From Alphaproteobacteria bacterium (GTDB lineage Bacteria; Pseudomonadota; Alphaproteobacteria; GM7ARS4; CBDIDI01): a stretch of DNA of 64,000 bases. Below, one piece after another: positions 19,114 to 28,011 of the stretch. Numbering within the stretch: position 1 is the stretch's first letter; each line of letters opens with the position of its first letter. Under the pieces are notes generated by a model. It did no database searches. It saw only the letters and a list, made by a program, of their open reading frames with translations, and had not been told where the DNA came from. Both the position numbers and the translations under genes were made by a program. The stretch spans positions 1,102,829 through 1,166,828 of the forward strand of contig OZ255830.1 of assembly GCA_965277685.1 (NCBI GenBank), read 5' to 3'.

Positions 19114-19255
19114 ATCAGTTTCTCCTAACAGATCATGTTGCAGTGCAATATAAGTCATTTAACGATTTCTTTTGCCATCGTCAAGTCTTTTTGTGCATTG
19201 CAACAAAAACCTCTTTCACAGCCAAGATAGGTTCTGAATATGAAGATTTCATGAA

Positions 19256-20158
19256 TTATTGACGAAACTCGATGGCGCGCGCATATGCGGCGTCCACGGC
19301 CTCCTTAAGAAGACGGTTTAACGGGCCGGTTTTCGGGATGGCCCGGTCTTTGGGAAGATCCCCTCCGGCAAGAACATTAAGGGCGGCGGCCGTCGTTCCT
19401 TGCGGGCTTGTAACCTTTTGGCGCAGAGCCGTTGCATCCGGTTCCGATTCCAGAAGGGCACCGGCGCCGATGGCAACCTGACGGGCAAGATGTGTTGCGC
19501 TCGCCCTGTCCAATCCAATGGCCGTTCCGGCTTGGCTCAATGCCTCGATGAAATAAAATATATAAGCGGGGCCGCTTCCGGATATCGCCGTGACGGCATC
19601 CAGCAGGTTTTCATTTTCGGTCCAGATAAATGCCCCGCACCCGCGAAAGAGGGTGTCGGTTGCGTTTTTATGGGCCTTGCCGGTGACGGTATTGGCGAAG
19701 GCGGCACTTGCCCCGCGCCCGACGCGAACCGGCAGATTGGGCATCACGCGGACAATCGGGGTTTTGTCATGCAGATAGGAGGCAAGGGTCGCAAGGCGAC
19801 GCCCGCTCGCAATCGAGATCAGAAGGTGGCGCGTGGTGATCTTCTTTCGAATCGCGCGAAGAACGTCGTCGCAATGTTGGGGTTTGACGGCAAGAATGAT
19901 GATGGATTGGTCGATGGTATCGCCCAGATCCTCAAGGGAGGGATGATAATGAACCTTAAGCCGGGCGGCATAGGCGCGCGCGGATGGCGCCGGATCGATA
20001 ATCAAGGAGCGATCCGGATCAATCCGCTTTGACGCATCCCATCCGTCCAGCAAGGCACTGCCCATTTGTCCGCAGCCGACCAAACACAAAGCGAACCGCT
20101 CCGAACCGGGGGCCGAACCGGGGGCCTTATCGGGGGGAATATTATGCTGCGCGCACAT
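19256..20158 (-). CDS. proC: Pyrroline-5-carboxylate reductase
   Basis: NAD(P)-binding N-terminus (LVGCGQMGSALLDGW) and a ProC C-terminal region (…SPQGTTAAALNVL…). Confidence 0.8.
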   Translation of the reverse strand: MCAQHNIPPDKAPGSAPGSERFALCLVGCGQMGSALLDGWDASKRIDPDRSLIIDPAPSARAYAARLKVHYHPSLEDLGDTIDQSIIILAVKPQHCDDVLRAIRKKITTRHLLISIASGRRLATLASYLHDKTPIVRVMPNLPVRVGRGASAAFANTVTGKAHKNATDTLFRGCGAFIWTENENLLDAVTAISGSGPAYIFYFIEALSQAGTAIGLDRASATHLARQVAIGAGALLESEPDATALRQKVTSPQGTTAAALNVLAGGDLPKDRAIPKTGPLNRLLKEAVDAAYARAIEFRQ

Positions 20159-20200
20159 GCCAGGGTGTCGTCCGGTCTATTGGGTCGAAAAGGCGCGCCG

Positions 20201-20743
20201 CTAGGCTTGCCCTTGGGTTTCAAACATGACGACTTCCAACGCTTCCTCGGGGGTTTTTCCACCCCATATGACCATCTGGAAAGAAGGATACATTTTTTCC
20301 GATTCGTGCACCGCGATACGAAGGATGTCCTTCATATGATCCATGCGCAGGCCACCGGTGGGGAAAATCGTATGCCGGAAAGAAAGCACTTTTTCTTGGG
20401 CCTCAAGACCGAAATGGCCCAACTCAAGGCGGTTATTGATCAAACAGATGAGGGATTCGACCTCCGTCCGTTTTGACGGGGGGAAGGATAAATTGGATAC
20501 GCAGGCCAGCTGGAAACTATCCTTTTCCCGGATCCAGGCCATATACAGATCGTAATCGCCCCATTTGCCGGGATAGCTGACGATGATTTCGCCCGGGCCA
20601 AAGCGCTGGCGGTGCCAATGATGATCTTCGGCCAGACTCTCGACGATATCCAACGGATTGGCGGTGACGTCATCACGCAGGGGGTGAATGGAAGAAATAT
20701 TGGACATTGAATGGATTGCCTTTCTCTGGAATTTTCCGACCAC
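20201..20743 (-). CDS. YbjN-domain protein (putative sensory-transduction regulator family)
   Basis: Length and pattern fit the YbjN family (…WGDYDLYMAWIREKDSFQLACVSNLSF…). The start is probably the internal MSNISS (about 20707). Confidence 0.55.
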   Translation of the reverse strand: MVGKFQRKAIHSMSNISSIHPLRDDVTANPLDIVESLAEDHHWHRQRFGPGEIIVSYPGKWGDYDLYMAWIREKDSFQLACVSNLSFPPSKRTEVESLICLINNRLELGHFGLEAQEKVLSFRHTIFPTGGLRMDHMKDILRIAVHESEKMYPSFQMVIWGGKTPEEALEVVMFETQGQA

Positions 20744-20889
20744 GTTCCCGCCGGCCCCGCATAGAACCGGAACCCCAGTGGCATCCGACGATATCGATCG
20801 TCATGGTGTATATGCCGTTAGATATACAATATCTAGTATCTATCACTATATGTTGTGTATATTACTGCCGCTACACCCTAGCTATAGCA

Positions 20890-21870
20890 TTCTTTATGAA
20901 CAAAAGATGAATAAAACCGAATATCTCTATGCGAATCGGACCGTCTATGGCCCGGGCGATGGCCTGGTTTATGGCATGGGCGATGGCCTGGTTTATGGGG
21001 GCGATGGCATGGAAGGTGCTTTTTTAACCGATGGGATCGGCTGAAAATGATGGGTTTTAAGTCTCCGCCCCGGGTGGGTCGCGGCGATGGGGGGATGTAT
21101 CGATGCCGACGGACGGATGGGCCGATTTGGGGCGTGCTTGGTTTCCCTCGGGGCGTGCTTTGCGGCATGGAAAGGGCGGCATGGAAAGTGATGGGACGGG
21201 CGATGGGCCCGACGATAGGGCGGGCGGATGCGGGGCGTTAACCTTGGCGGCGATAGGATGAACGGATGCGGGGCGTTAACCTTGGCGGCGATAGGATGAA
21301 CGGATGCGGGGCGTTAATCTTGGCGGCGATGGGATGAACGGATGCGGGGCGTTAATCTTGGCGGCGATGGGATGAACGGATGCGGGGCGTTAATCTTGGC
21401 GGCGATGGGGGGGCTTTTTTGCATTCTTGGGCATCGATGCGGCATCGAGTGGGTCCGGATCGGGTCGGGATTGGGCGCGCGTCTTTTTGATCCGGCGGCA
21501 ATCTTCGGCGATGCCCATCCCTACAAAGGCAACGGCATCAATCAAGGATGCCGCATTTTTTAGCCACGATCGCATAGGGTCCAATCGCTTAAGGTATGAT
21601 CGCTTAAGGTATGATCGTATGGGGCCCAATCGAATGGGATATGATCGCACAGGATATGATTCGGGGCATATCCTTTGGTCGGGGTTTGGGTGCCGCCGAA
21701 AGATATCCGTGCGGCAAAAGCCCCCCACATTGTATCGTTCATTGCATTGTCCATTTCATGGTGGGGCATCGTCCATTTCATGATGGGGCATCGTCCTTTT
21801 CATGGCGGGGTTTGCCGTCCATTTCATGATGGGGTTTGCCGTCCATTTCATCGAAAACCGTATGATCGGG
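20890..21870. repeat. About 1-kb non-coding region made almost entirely of at least four distinct tandem-repeat arrays, including a 38-bp unit x5 at 21222-21415 and an about 27-bp unit x4 at 21745-21860
   Basis: Direct reading. The arrays are ggcgatggcctggtttatgg-type repeats (20930-21020), cggatgcggggcgttaa[c/t]cttggcggcgat[a/g]ggatgaa x5, atgatcg-type repeats (21580-21680), and …catcgtccatttcatgatgggg… repeats. Confidence 0.8.
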
Positions 21871-22138
21871 ATCGCTGATCGTATGGCCGGGCATTTCGCC
21901 TCCGCATCGCTTATATTACAAAAGGCCAAAGCCTATGCTAGACTGAACCGGGAAGACAGGCAAGTAGGGGGCAGGTAAGGGGCAAGTAGGGAGAGGTGCC
22001 GATGCCGAATGGTAACAAGCCGGATAACGCCGGATCGGCCAATGACCGGCGCGCCGGTGCCCGTTATGGTGATGGGCATTATGGCGATGGATATGGGGGC
22101 GATGTGCGGGATATAAGGGACGCGGGTTCCAAATCGGG

Positions 22139-22651
22139 GTGGTTGTGATGTCCGCCCATCCGATACCGCAATCCCTTGATTATCGCAAAATGGTCCATGC
22201 GACATGTGTCGAAATGGATGCGCACGGCATCTTGCTCCGCGGCGCGTCCGGCAGTGGCAAATCCGATCTTGCCCTTCGCCTTATCGATCAAGGCGCGGCA
22301 TTGGTGGCGGATGATCAGGTTAGTATTCGGGTGTGTGGCGATACGTTAATCGCCAGTGCGCCGGATAATTTACGCGGAAAGTTCGAGGTTCGTGGAATGG
22401 GTATCGTTCAGCATGAATATCGCGATTCGACCACGCTTGAGCTTTTGGTCGATTTGACCGAGCAGGAGGCCCCGCGTATGCCGGATCGCTTTCACGAATT
22501 ATTCTACTCGGTGCGCTTGCCGCGCATCGCGTTGAATCCTTTTCAAGAATCGGCATGCGCCAAATTGCGTTTGATGCTGCGTATTTTTGCCGGGCGGGGG
22601 GAAGCGCGCTCGCGGATGTTGATCAAAAACCGATACGAGGACGATGGATGA
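22139..22651 (+). CDS. hprK: HPr kinase/phosphorylase, short alphaproteobacterial form (C-terminal kinase domain only)
   Basis: …GILLRGASGSGKSDLALRLIDQGAALVADD…FEVRGMGIV… shows the Walker A motif and HprK C-domain signature. The stop overlaps the next start (ATGA). Confidence 0.8.
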   Translation: MVVMSAHPIPQSLDYRKMVHATCVEMDAHGILLRGASGSGKSDLALRLIDQGAALVADDQVSIRVCGDTLIASAPDNLRGKFEVRGMGIVQHEYRDSTTLELLVDLTEQEAPRMPDRFHELFYSVRLPRIALNPFQESACAKLRLMLRIFAGRGEARSRMLIKNRYEDDG

Positions 22652-23058
22652 TCGGCATCGTTTTGGTCACGCATGGGCGGCTTGCGCTTGAATTTCTTGC
22701 CGCCCTCGAGCATGTTGTCGGCCCGCAAGAGCGGGTCAAACCGATTTGTATCGGTCCGGATGACGATACGGAAAAACGGCGCAATGACATCATCGAGGCC
22801 GTGCGCGAAGTCGAATGCGGCGACGGTGTCGTCATCTTGACCGATATGTTTGGCGGGACTCCTTCGAATTTGGCGATTTCCTTGATGAATCAGGGAAAGA
22901 TCGAAGTGATCGCCGGAATTAACCTACCGATGTTGGTCAAATTGGCCGAAGCGCGCCAGGAAGGGGGGGATTTTGGTCAAATGGTGGATGCCGTGTGCCG
23001 GGCCGGGCGCAAATATATCAATACGGTTTCCAGCATATTAAAGGGCAGCGACGGGTGA
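22648..23058 (+). CDS. PTS EIIA component, mannose family
   Basis: MIGIVLVTHGRLALEF… matches the EIIA-Man fold pattern; position is downstream of hprK as in Rhizobiales/Rhodospirillales. Confidence 0.75.
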   Translation: MIGIVLVTHGRLALEFLAALEHVVGPQERVKPICIGPDDDTEKRRNDIIEAVREVECGDGVVILTDMFGGTPSNLAISLMNQGKIEVIAGINLPMLVKLAEARQEGGDFGQMVDAVCRAGRKYINTVSSILKGSDG

Positions 23059-23060
23059 AT

Positions 23061-23375
23061 ATGGCCGGTTCACTAATGGACGCGCCCCATCCATCGATGG
23101 CACGGCGTGATTTAACCATCATCAATCCATTGGGGTTGCATGCGCGCGCGGCCGCGCGCTTTGTCGAAATTGTCGCGTCTTTCGATGCGCATGTCGATGT
23201 ACAGCGGGGATCGCATTGTGTTTCGGGAAAATCGATTATGGGGTTGATGATGCTGGCGGCTTCGATCGGCACGACGATTACGGTCAAAGCGTCCGGGCAT
23301 CAGGCGGTGGCGGTTCTCGATGCCCTTGAAAAATTGGTTGCGTCCCATTTTGGCGAAGAAAACGACAATGGGTGA
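23061..23375 (+). CDS. HPr/NPr phosphocarrier protein
   Basis: …INPLGLHARAAARFVE… carries the active-site His region; the protein is the right length if the start is at 23061 or 23097. Confidence 0.75.
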   Translation: MAGSLMDAPHPSMARRDLTIINPLGLHARAAARFVEIVASFDAHVDVQRGSHCVSGKSIMGLMMLAASIGTTITVKASGHQAVAVLDALEKLVASHFGEENDNG

Positions 23376-25192
23376 TGATAATGGCGACTAAAGCGAAAAG
23401 CCCCCCCCGGCGCGTGGCGGCCGGTAAAGCCGAAGCATCGGAAGTTGTTTTGCGCGGATTGGGGGTATCGTCGGGCATTGCTATCGGGACGGCGATCGTG
23501 CGTGATTCGGGAACGATTAATGTTCCCGAATACCCCATTCGGGCGGCGGACGTTCCCGGCGAGTTGACCCGTTTTAACACGGCCTTAAAGCGGGTTCGAA
23601 AGCAGCTTGAGAAACTCAAGATACAGGTTGGTAGCCGGGCAAAAATTGTCGCGGAAGAAATTGTTTGCTTGCTGGATGCCCATTTGCACATGATCGATGG
23701 ATCGCGGTTGATTCGCGGCATTGAAAAGCGCATCCGTAACGATAAAATCAATGCCGAAGCAGCGGTATGGGGGGAGATTATCCGGCTCGGTGAGCAGTTC
23801 TCCGCCCTTGACGATCCCTATCTTGCCGGTCGATCGAGTGATGTGCGTGAGCTTGGCACCCGCCTTATTCACGCCTTTAACGGCAAGGAACCGACCGCCA
23901 CCCCCATTCGGGCGCGCGGCATTGTCGTGGCGGACGAGTTAACGCCATCCGATACGGTGTTGCTTGATCCGGATCAGACCAAGGGTTTTGTGACGGTTGC
24001 CGGCGGCCCGCAAAGCCATACGGCGATTATGGCCCGGTCTTTGCAAATTCCGGCCGTTCTCGGGGTGCGCCGGGCAATGTCCGATATTCGTCCCGGTACC
24101 CATATGATCATCGATGGCGAGCGCGGCAAAGTGATTTTGCATCCGGCCCAATCGACATTGGATATATACGGTCGGCGCCTTGATACCATCCATGGCGAAG
24201 TGCGGCGTCTTTCAACGTTTCGCAAAAAGGCCGCGCGCACGCGCGACGGCACGACCATTTCGCTTCTTTCCAATATTGAGTTGCCGCGCGAATGCAACGC
24301 CGTCCACGACAGCGGCGCCGAGGGAATAGGCCTTTTGCGCAGCGAATACCTATTCATGAATCGGGAGGACTTGCCCGACGAAGAAGAACAATTCGGCATG
24401 CTTCGTGACATCGTGACCGCTATGCGGGGGCAGGTGGTGACGGTGCGTACCCTGGATATCGGGGGCGAGAAGCTGGCAACGTCTCTTGGTGGGTATCTGG
24501 AAGATGTCGACAATCCCGCTCTTGGGCTTCGCGCCGTGCGGCTTTCCCTCAAATTTCCCGATTTGTTCGAAACCCAACTCGCCGCCATTCTAAGGGCCGG
24601 GGCGTATGGCCCGGTGGCGATTCTTTTGCCGATGATTTCCTCCGGACACGAAGTGACCAAAGCGCGCGCTTTATGCGAAAAGGTGGCCGCCCGTTTGCGC
24701 GCGCAAAATCTTCCCTGCGCCGACCCCCTGCCGCCATTAGGGGCGATGATCGAAACCCCGGGGGCGGCGATGGCGGCCGATTCCCTTGCCCGTTTATGCG
24801 ATTTTTTCGCTATCGGCACGAACGATTTGACGATGTATACTCTGGCGATCGATCGGGGTAACGAGCAAGTGGCCGAACTCTACAACCCCTTGCATCCATC
24901 GTTGTTGCGATTGATCCAATTTACGGCGCAAGCGGCGTGGCAGGCGGGTATCGCCTGTTCCTTATGTGGGGAAATCGCCGGTGATGCCCGGTATACGGCC
25001 CTTCTTATCGGCCTTGGTATCCATCAATTTTCGATGGCTCCGGCAAGCATTCCAAGGATAAAGGAAAAAATCTTTTCGATTGATGCGTCCCGGGCCCGGC
25101 GCATGGCCAATCGGGCCGTGACTCTTGCCAGCAGCGATGAGATTTTGCGCGCGATTGACGATTTTGATGGGCAAAAAGAACCGCCCGGATAA
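23372..25192 (+). CDS. ptsI: PTS Enzyme I (phosphoenolpyruvate-protein phosphotransferase)
   Basis: 606 aa with a PEP-utilising enzyme N-domain (LRGLGVSSGIAIG), a phospho-His region (…GGPQSHTAIMARSL…) and a PEP-binding TIM barrel C-domain. Confidence 0.85.
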   Translation: MMIMATKAKSPPRRVAAGKAEASEVVLRGLGVSSGIAIGTAIVRDSGTINVPEYPIRAADVPGELTRFNTALKRVRKQLEKLKIQVGSRAKIVAEEIVCLLDAHLHMIDGSRLIRGIEKRIRNDKINAEAAVWGEIIRLGEQFSALDDPYLAGRSSDVRELGTRLIHAFNGKEPTATPIRARGIVVADELTPSDTVLLDPDQTKGFVTVAGGPQSHTAIMARSLQIPAVLGVRRAMSDIRPGTHMIIDGERGKVILHPAQSTLDIYGRRLDTIHGEVRRLSTFRKKAARTRDGTTISLLSNIELPRECNAVHDSGAEGIGLLRSEYLFMNREDLPDEEEQFGMLRDIVTAMRGQVVTVRTLDIGGEKLATSLGGYLEDVDNPALGLRAVRLSLKFPDLFETQLAAILRAGAYGPVAILLPMISSGHEVTKARALCEKVAARLRAQNLPCADPLPPLGAMIETPGAAMAADSLARLCDFFAIGTNDLTMYTLAIDRGNEQVAELYNPLHPSLLRLIQFTAQAAWQAGIACSLCGEIAGDARYTALLIGLGIHQFSMAPASIPRIKEKIFSIDASRARRMANRAVTLASSDEILRAIDDFDGQKEPPG

Positions 25193-25510
25193 GATTCCGG
25201 CATTGGATCGGGCGTGGATATCCAAGGGTTGCCCCGGATTAATCGAAAAATTAGGCCAAAAAATTGGGCCAAAAAATGAAAGCCCAGGACAGAAGGCCCC
25301 AAGGATAGAAGGCCCCAAGGATAGAAGGCCCAAGGATAGAAGGCCCCAAGGATAGAAGGCCAAGAGACGCACCCCAAAGCATCGATTGACGGCGGGGACA
25401 AACAAAAGGATAAAAAATAACTTGCGCCGACCAGGTGTTTGTATGACTTTTCACTGCCGGCCCCGTGATGCAGGCGTCATGATGGGGCGCATAACAATAG
25501 GAATAGATGG

Positions 25511-26800
25511 ATGAATAAGGATTATCGTGTTGCCGATCTGAGTTTGGCGCAATGGGGGCGCAAGGAAATCTCTATCGCGGAGAGTGAAATGCCCGGCCTC
25601 ATGCGCTTGCGCGAGCAATACCGCGATGCCAAGCCATTGCACGGTGCGCGGATTACGGGGTGCCTCCATATGACGGTGCAAACCGCCGTTTTGATGGAAA
25701 CGCTGATAGAGCTTGGCGCGCAATTGCGCTGGAGTTCATGCAATATTTTCTCGACCCAAGATCACGCGGCGGCGGCGATGGCGGAGGCGGGCGTGCCGGT
25801 TTTTGCCTGGAAGGGCCAGAGTGATGAGGAATTCTGGTCATGCATCGATCGCACGATCGAGGGGCCCGGCGGTTGGCATCCGAATCTTCTTCTTGATGAC
25901 GGGGGCGATTTAACCACGGTCATGCACACCCAATACCCTAAGCTGTTGGACGCGGTTGTCGGGCTTTCGGAAGAGACGACAACCGGGGTCCAGCGCCTTT
26001 ATGATATGGTCAAGGCGGACGCGTTAAAAGTACCGGCGATGGATGTCAATAACTCGGTCACGAAGTCGAAATTTGATAATCTTTACGGTTGCCGCGAAAG
26101 TTTGATCGACGGGATCAAGCGGGCGACGGATGTGATGGTGGCCGGAAAAGTGGCCGTTATTTGCGGCTATGGCGATGTCGGTAAAGGTTGCGCAAAGGCG
26201 ATGCGGGCCCATGGGGCCAAGGTCATGGTCACCGAGATCGATCCCATTTGCGCCCTCCAGGCCAGTATGGAAGGATATCCGGTCGCAACCATGGATACGG
26301 TCGCGCCGCAGGGGGATATTTTCGTGACGGCGACCGGCAACAAGGATGTCATCGGCTTGGATCATATGCGGGCGATGAAGGATCGTGCGATTGTCTGTAA
26401 CATCGGTCATTTTGATACCGAAATCGATGTGGCATCCCTTGGCAATATGCAGTGGGAAGAAATTAAACCGCAAGTCGACGAGATCACATTCCCGGATAAG
26501 AAGCGGATTATTCTTTTGGCCAAGGGACGATTGGTCAATCTTGGCTGCGCGACCGGGCATCCCAGTTTCGTGATGAGTGCCTCATTCACCAACCAGGTTT
26601 TGGCTCAAATCGAATTGTGGCAACATCACAAGCGGTATCAAAACAAGGTCTATACCCTGCCGCGGCATTTGGACGAGAAGGTCGCCTTGCTCCATTTGGA
26701 CAAGGTCGGCGCAAGGTTAACCCGGTTGACGCAAAGCCAGTCCGATTATATCGGGGTTCCGGTCAAGGGGCCTTTCAAGTCGGATCATTATCGCTATTAG
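25511..26800 (+). CDS. ahcY: Adenosylhomocysteinase
   Basis: [20 protein letters not shown]…, an NAD-binding GYGDVGKG motif and the C-terminal …SDHYRY. This is a classic SAH hydrolase. Confidence 0.9.
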   Translation: MNKDYRVADLSLAQWGRKEISIAESEMPGLMRLREQYRDAKPLHGARITGCLHMTVQTAVLMETLIELGAQLRWSSCNIFSTQDHAAAAMAEAGVPVFAWKGQSDEEFWSCIDRTIEGPGGWHPNLLLDDGGDLTTVMHTQYPKLLDAVVGLSEETTTGVQRLYDMVKADALKVPAMDVNNSVTKSKFDNLYGCRESLIDGIKRATDVMVAGKVAVICGYGDVGKGCAKAMRAHGAKVMVTEIDPICALQASMEGYPVATMDTVAPQGDIFVTATGNKDVIGLDHMRAMKDRAIVCNIGHFDTEIDVASLGNMQWEEIKPQVDEITFPDKKRIILLAKGRLVNLGCATGHPSFVMSASFTNQVLAQIELWQHHKRYQNKVYTLPRHLDEKVALLHLDKVGARLTRLTQSQSDYIGVPVKGPFKSDHYRY

Positions 26801-26900
26801 CCGTGTTCGCTATTGGGCTTGCCTTTTATATCGGGGTTCCGGTCAAGGGGCCTTTTAAGTCGGATCATTATCGCTATTCGCCGTGTTCGCTATTCGCTTT
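26741..26900. repeat. Tandem duplication (about 80 bp x2) of the last about 20 codons and stop of ahcY plus flanking sequence
   Basis: tatatcggggttccggtcaaggggcctttcaagtcggatcattatcgctatt[a/c]gccgtgttcgctatt…gggcttgcc appears twice in tandem. Confidence 0.8.
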
Positions 26901-28011
26901 TGGGCTTGCCTTTGGCGGTCGAATATTGAAACCGCAAGAATTTCCCCGGTCGCGCGATCGGAAAAATGGCATGGGCGGCCTGGGCGGCTTCGGCAAATCC
27001 GCTTAAAATCAATTTTAACTTCCCCGGATAATGAACCACGTCACCGATGGCAAACACCCCCTCTAGGGAGGTCGCGCAACGGGATGGATCGACTTGAATG
27101 CGGTCGTCACGCATATCGATGTTCCAGTCACAAATCGGGCCAAGATGACTGGAAAGGCCGAAAAACGCCAAGAGGATATCGGCCGTAAGGCGTCTTTTTT
27201 CCCCGTTTAGAGTTTTGACGCCAACGGTGTGAATATGCCCTTTTTCCCCTTCCAGCCCGTCCAGATGATAGGGAATAACCGTTTCCACTTTTTTATCGTG
27301 GATGAGGCGCTCGACCTTTTCGATCGATGCGGGCACCCCACGAAATTTGGCACGGCGATGGACCAGAAAGATTTTCTTGGCGATGGGGGCAAGATCAATC
27401 GTCCAGTCCAGCGCCGAATCGCCGCCGCCGGCAATCACGATGGTTTTTCCGGCAAAATCATCGCGCCGCTTAACGGCGTAGAAGACACTATGGCCTTCAA
27501 ATTGATGGATGCCGTCAAGCGGCGGTCGATTGGGGGCAAAGGCACCGGAGCCGGCGGCGATAATGGCCGCTTTTGCCCGTATCGAAGACCCGTTTGATCG
27601 GGTGATAACGATCGCATCGCCGTCCCGTTCCATTTTTTCGACGCTTTGGCCAAGGGAGATTTTTGGCCGATAGGGGTCGATCTGGGCGCGCAGTTTCCGA
27701 ACCAGACCGGCCCCGGAAATTTCGGGCCAGGCCGGGATATCGTAAATGGGTTTTTCCGGGTATAGGGCGCCGCATTGCCCGCCGATATGGTCAAGGGCAT
27801 CGACGACATGACAACGCAAGCCCAGTTGCCCGCATTGAAAGACGGCGAACAGACCAACGGGCCCGGCCCCGATAATGACAACGTCATCTTCTTCGGTGTT
27901 TTTTTTGGCCTCTTTTCCGGAATCCTTTTTGGTCTCTTTTCTTATCGGGTCGGTATGCGCGCCATTGGCGATATCGGTCGCGGATGGGTGCGGCGGATGC
28001 TTTTCCGGCAT
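26890..28011 (-). CDS. Thioredoxin-reductase-like ferredoxin-NADP+ reductase (FNR/YumC type) with a K/E-rich N-terminal extension
   Basis: Two dinucleotide-binding motifs (VVIIGAGPVGLFA, IVIAGGGDSALDW) and an FNR-type spacing. Confidence 0.8.
   Translation of the reverse strand: MPEKHPPHPSATDIANGAHTDPIRKETKKDSGKEAKKNTEEDDVVIIGAGPVGLFAVFQCGQLGLRCHVVDALDHIGGQCGALYPEKPIYDIPAWPEISGAGLVRKLRAQIDPYRPKISLGQSVEKMERDGDAIVITRSNGSSIRAKAAIIAAGSGAFAPNRPPLDGIHQFEGHSVFYAVKRRDDFAGKTIVIAGGGDSALDWTIDLAPIAKKIFLVHRRAKFRGVPASIEKVERLIHDKKVETVIPYHLDGLEGEKGHIHTVGVKTLNGEKRRLTADILLAFFGLSSHLGPICDWNIDMRDDRIQVDPSRCATSLEGVFAIGDVVHYPGKLKLILSGFAEAAQAAHAIFPIARPGKFLRFQYSTAKGKPKSE

Noticed and set aside
21222-21415. A possible CRISPR array (regular 38-bp repeats)
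   Set aside because: The repeats are directly adjacent with no unique spacers, and no cas genes are nearby. It is a minisatellite.
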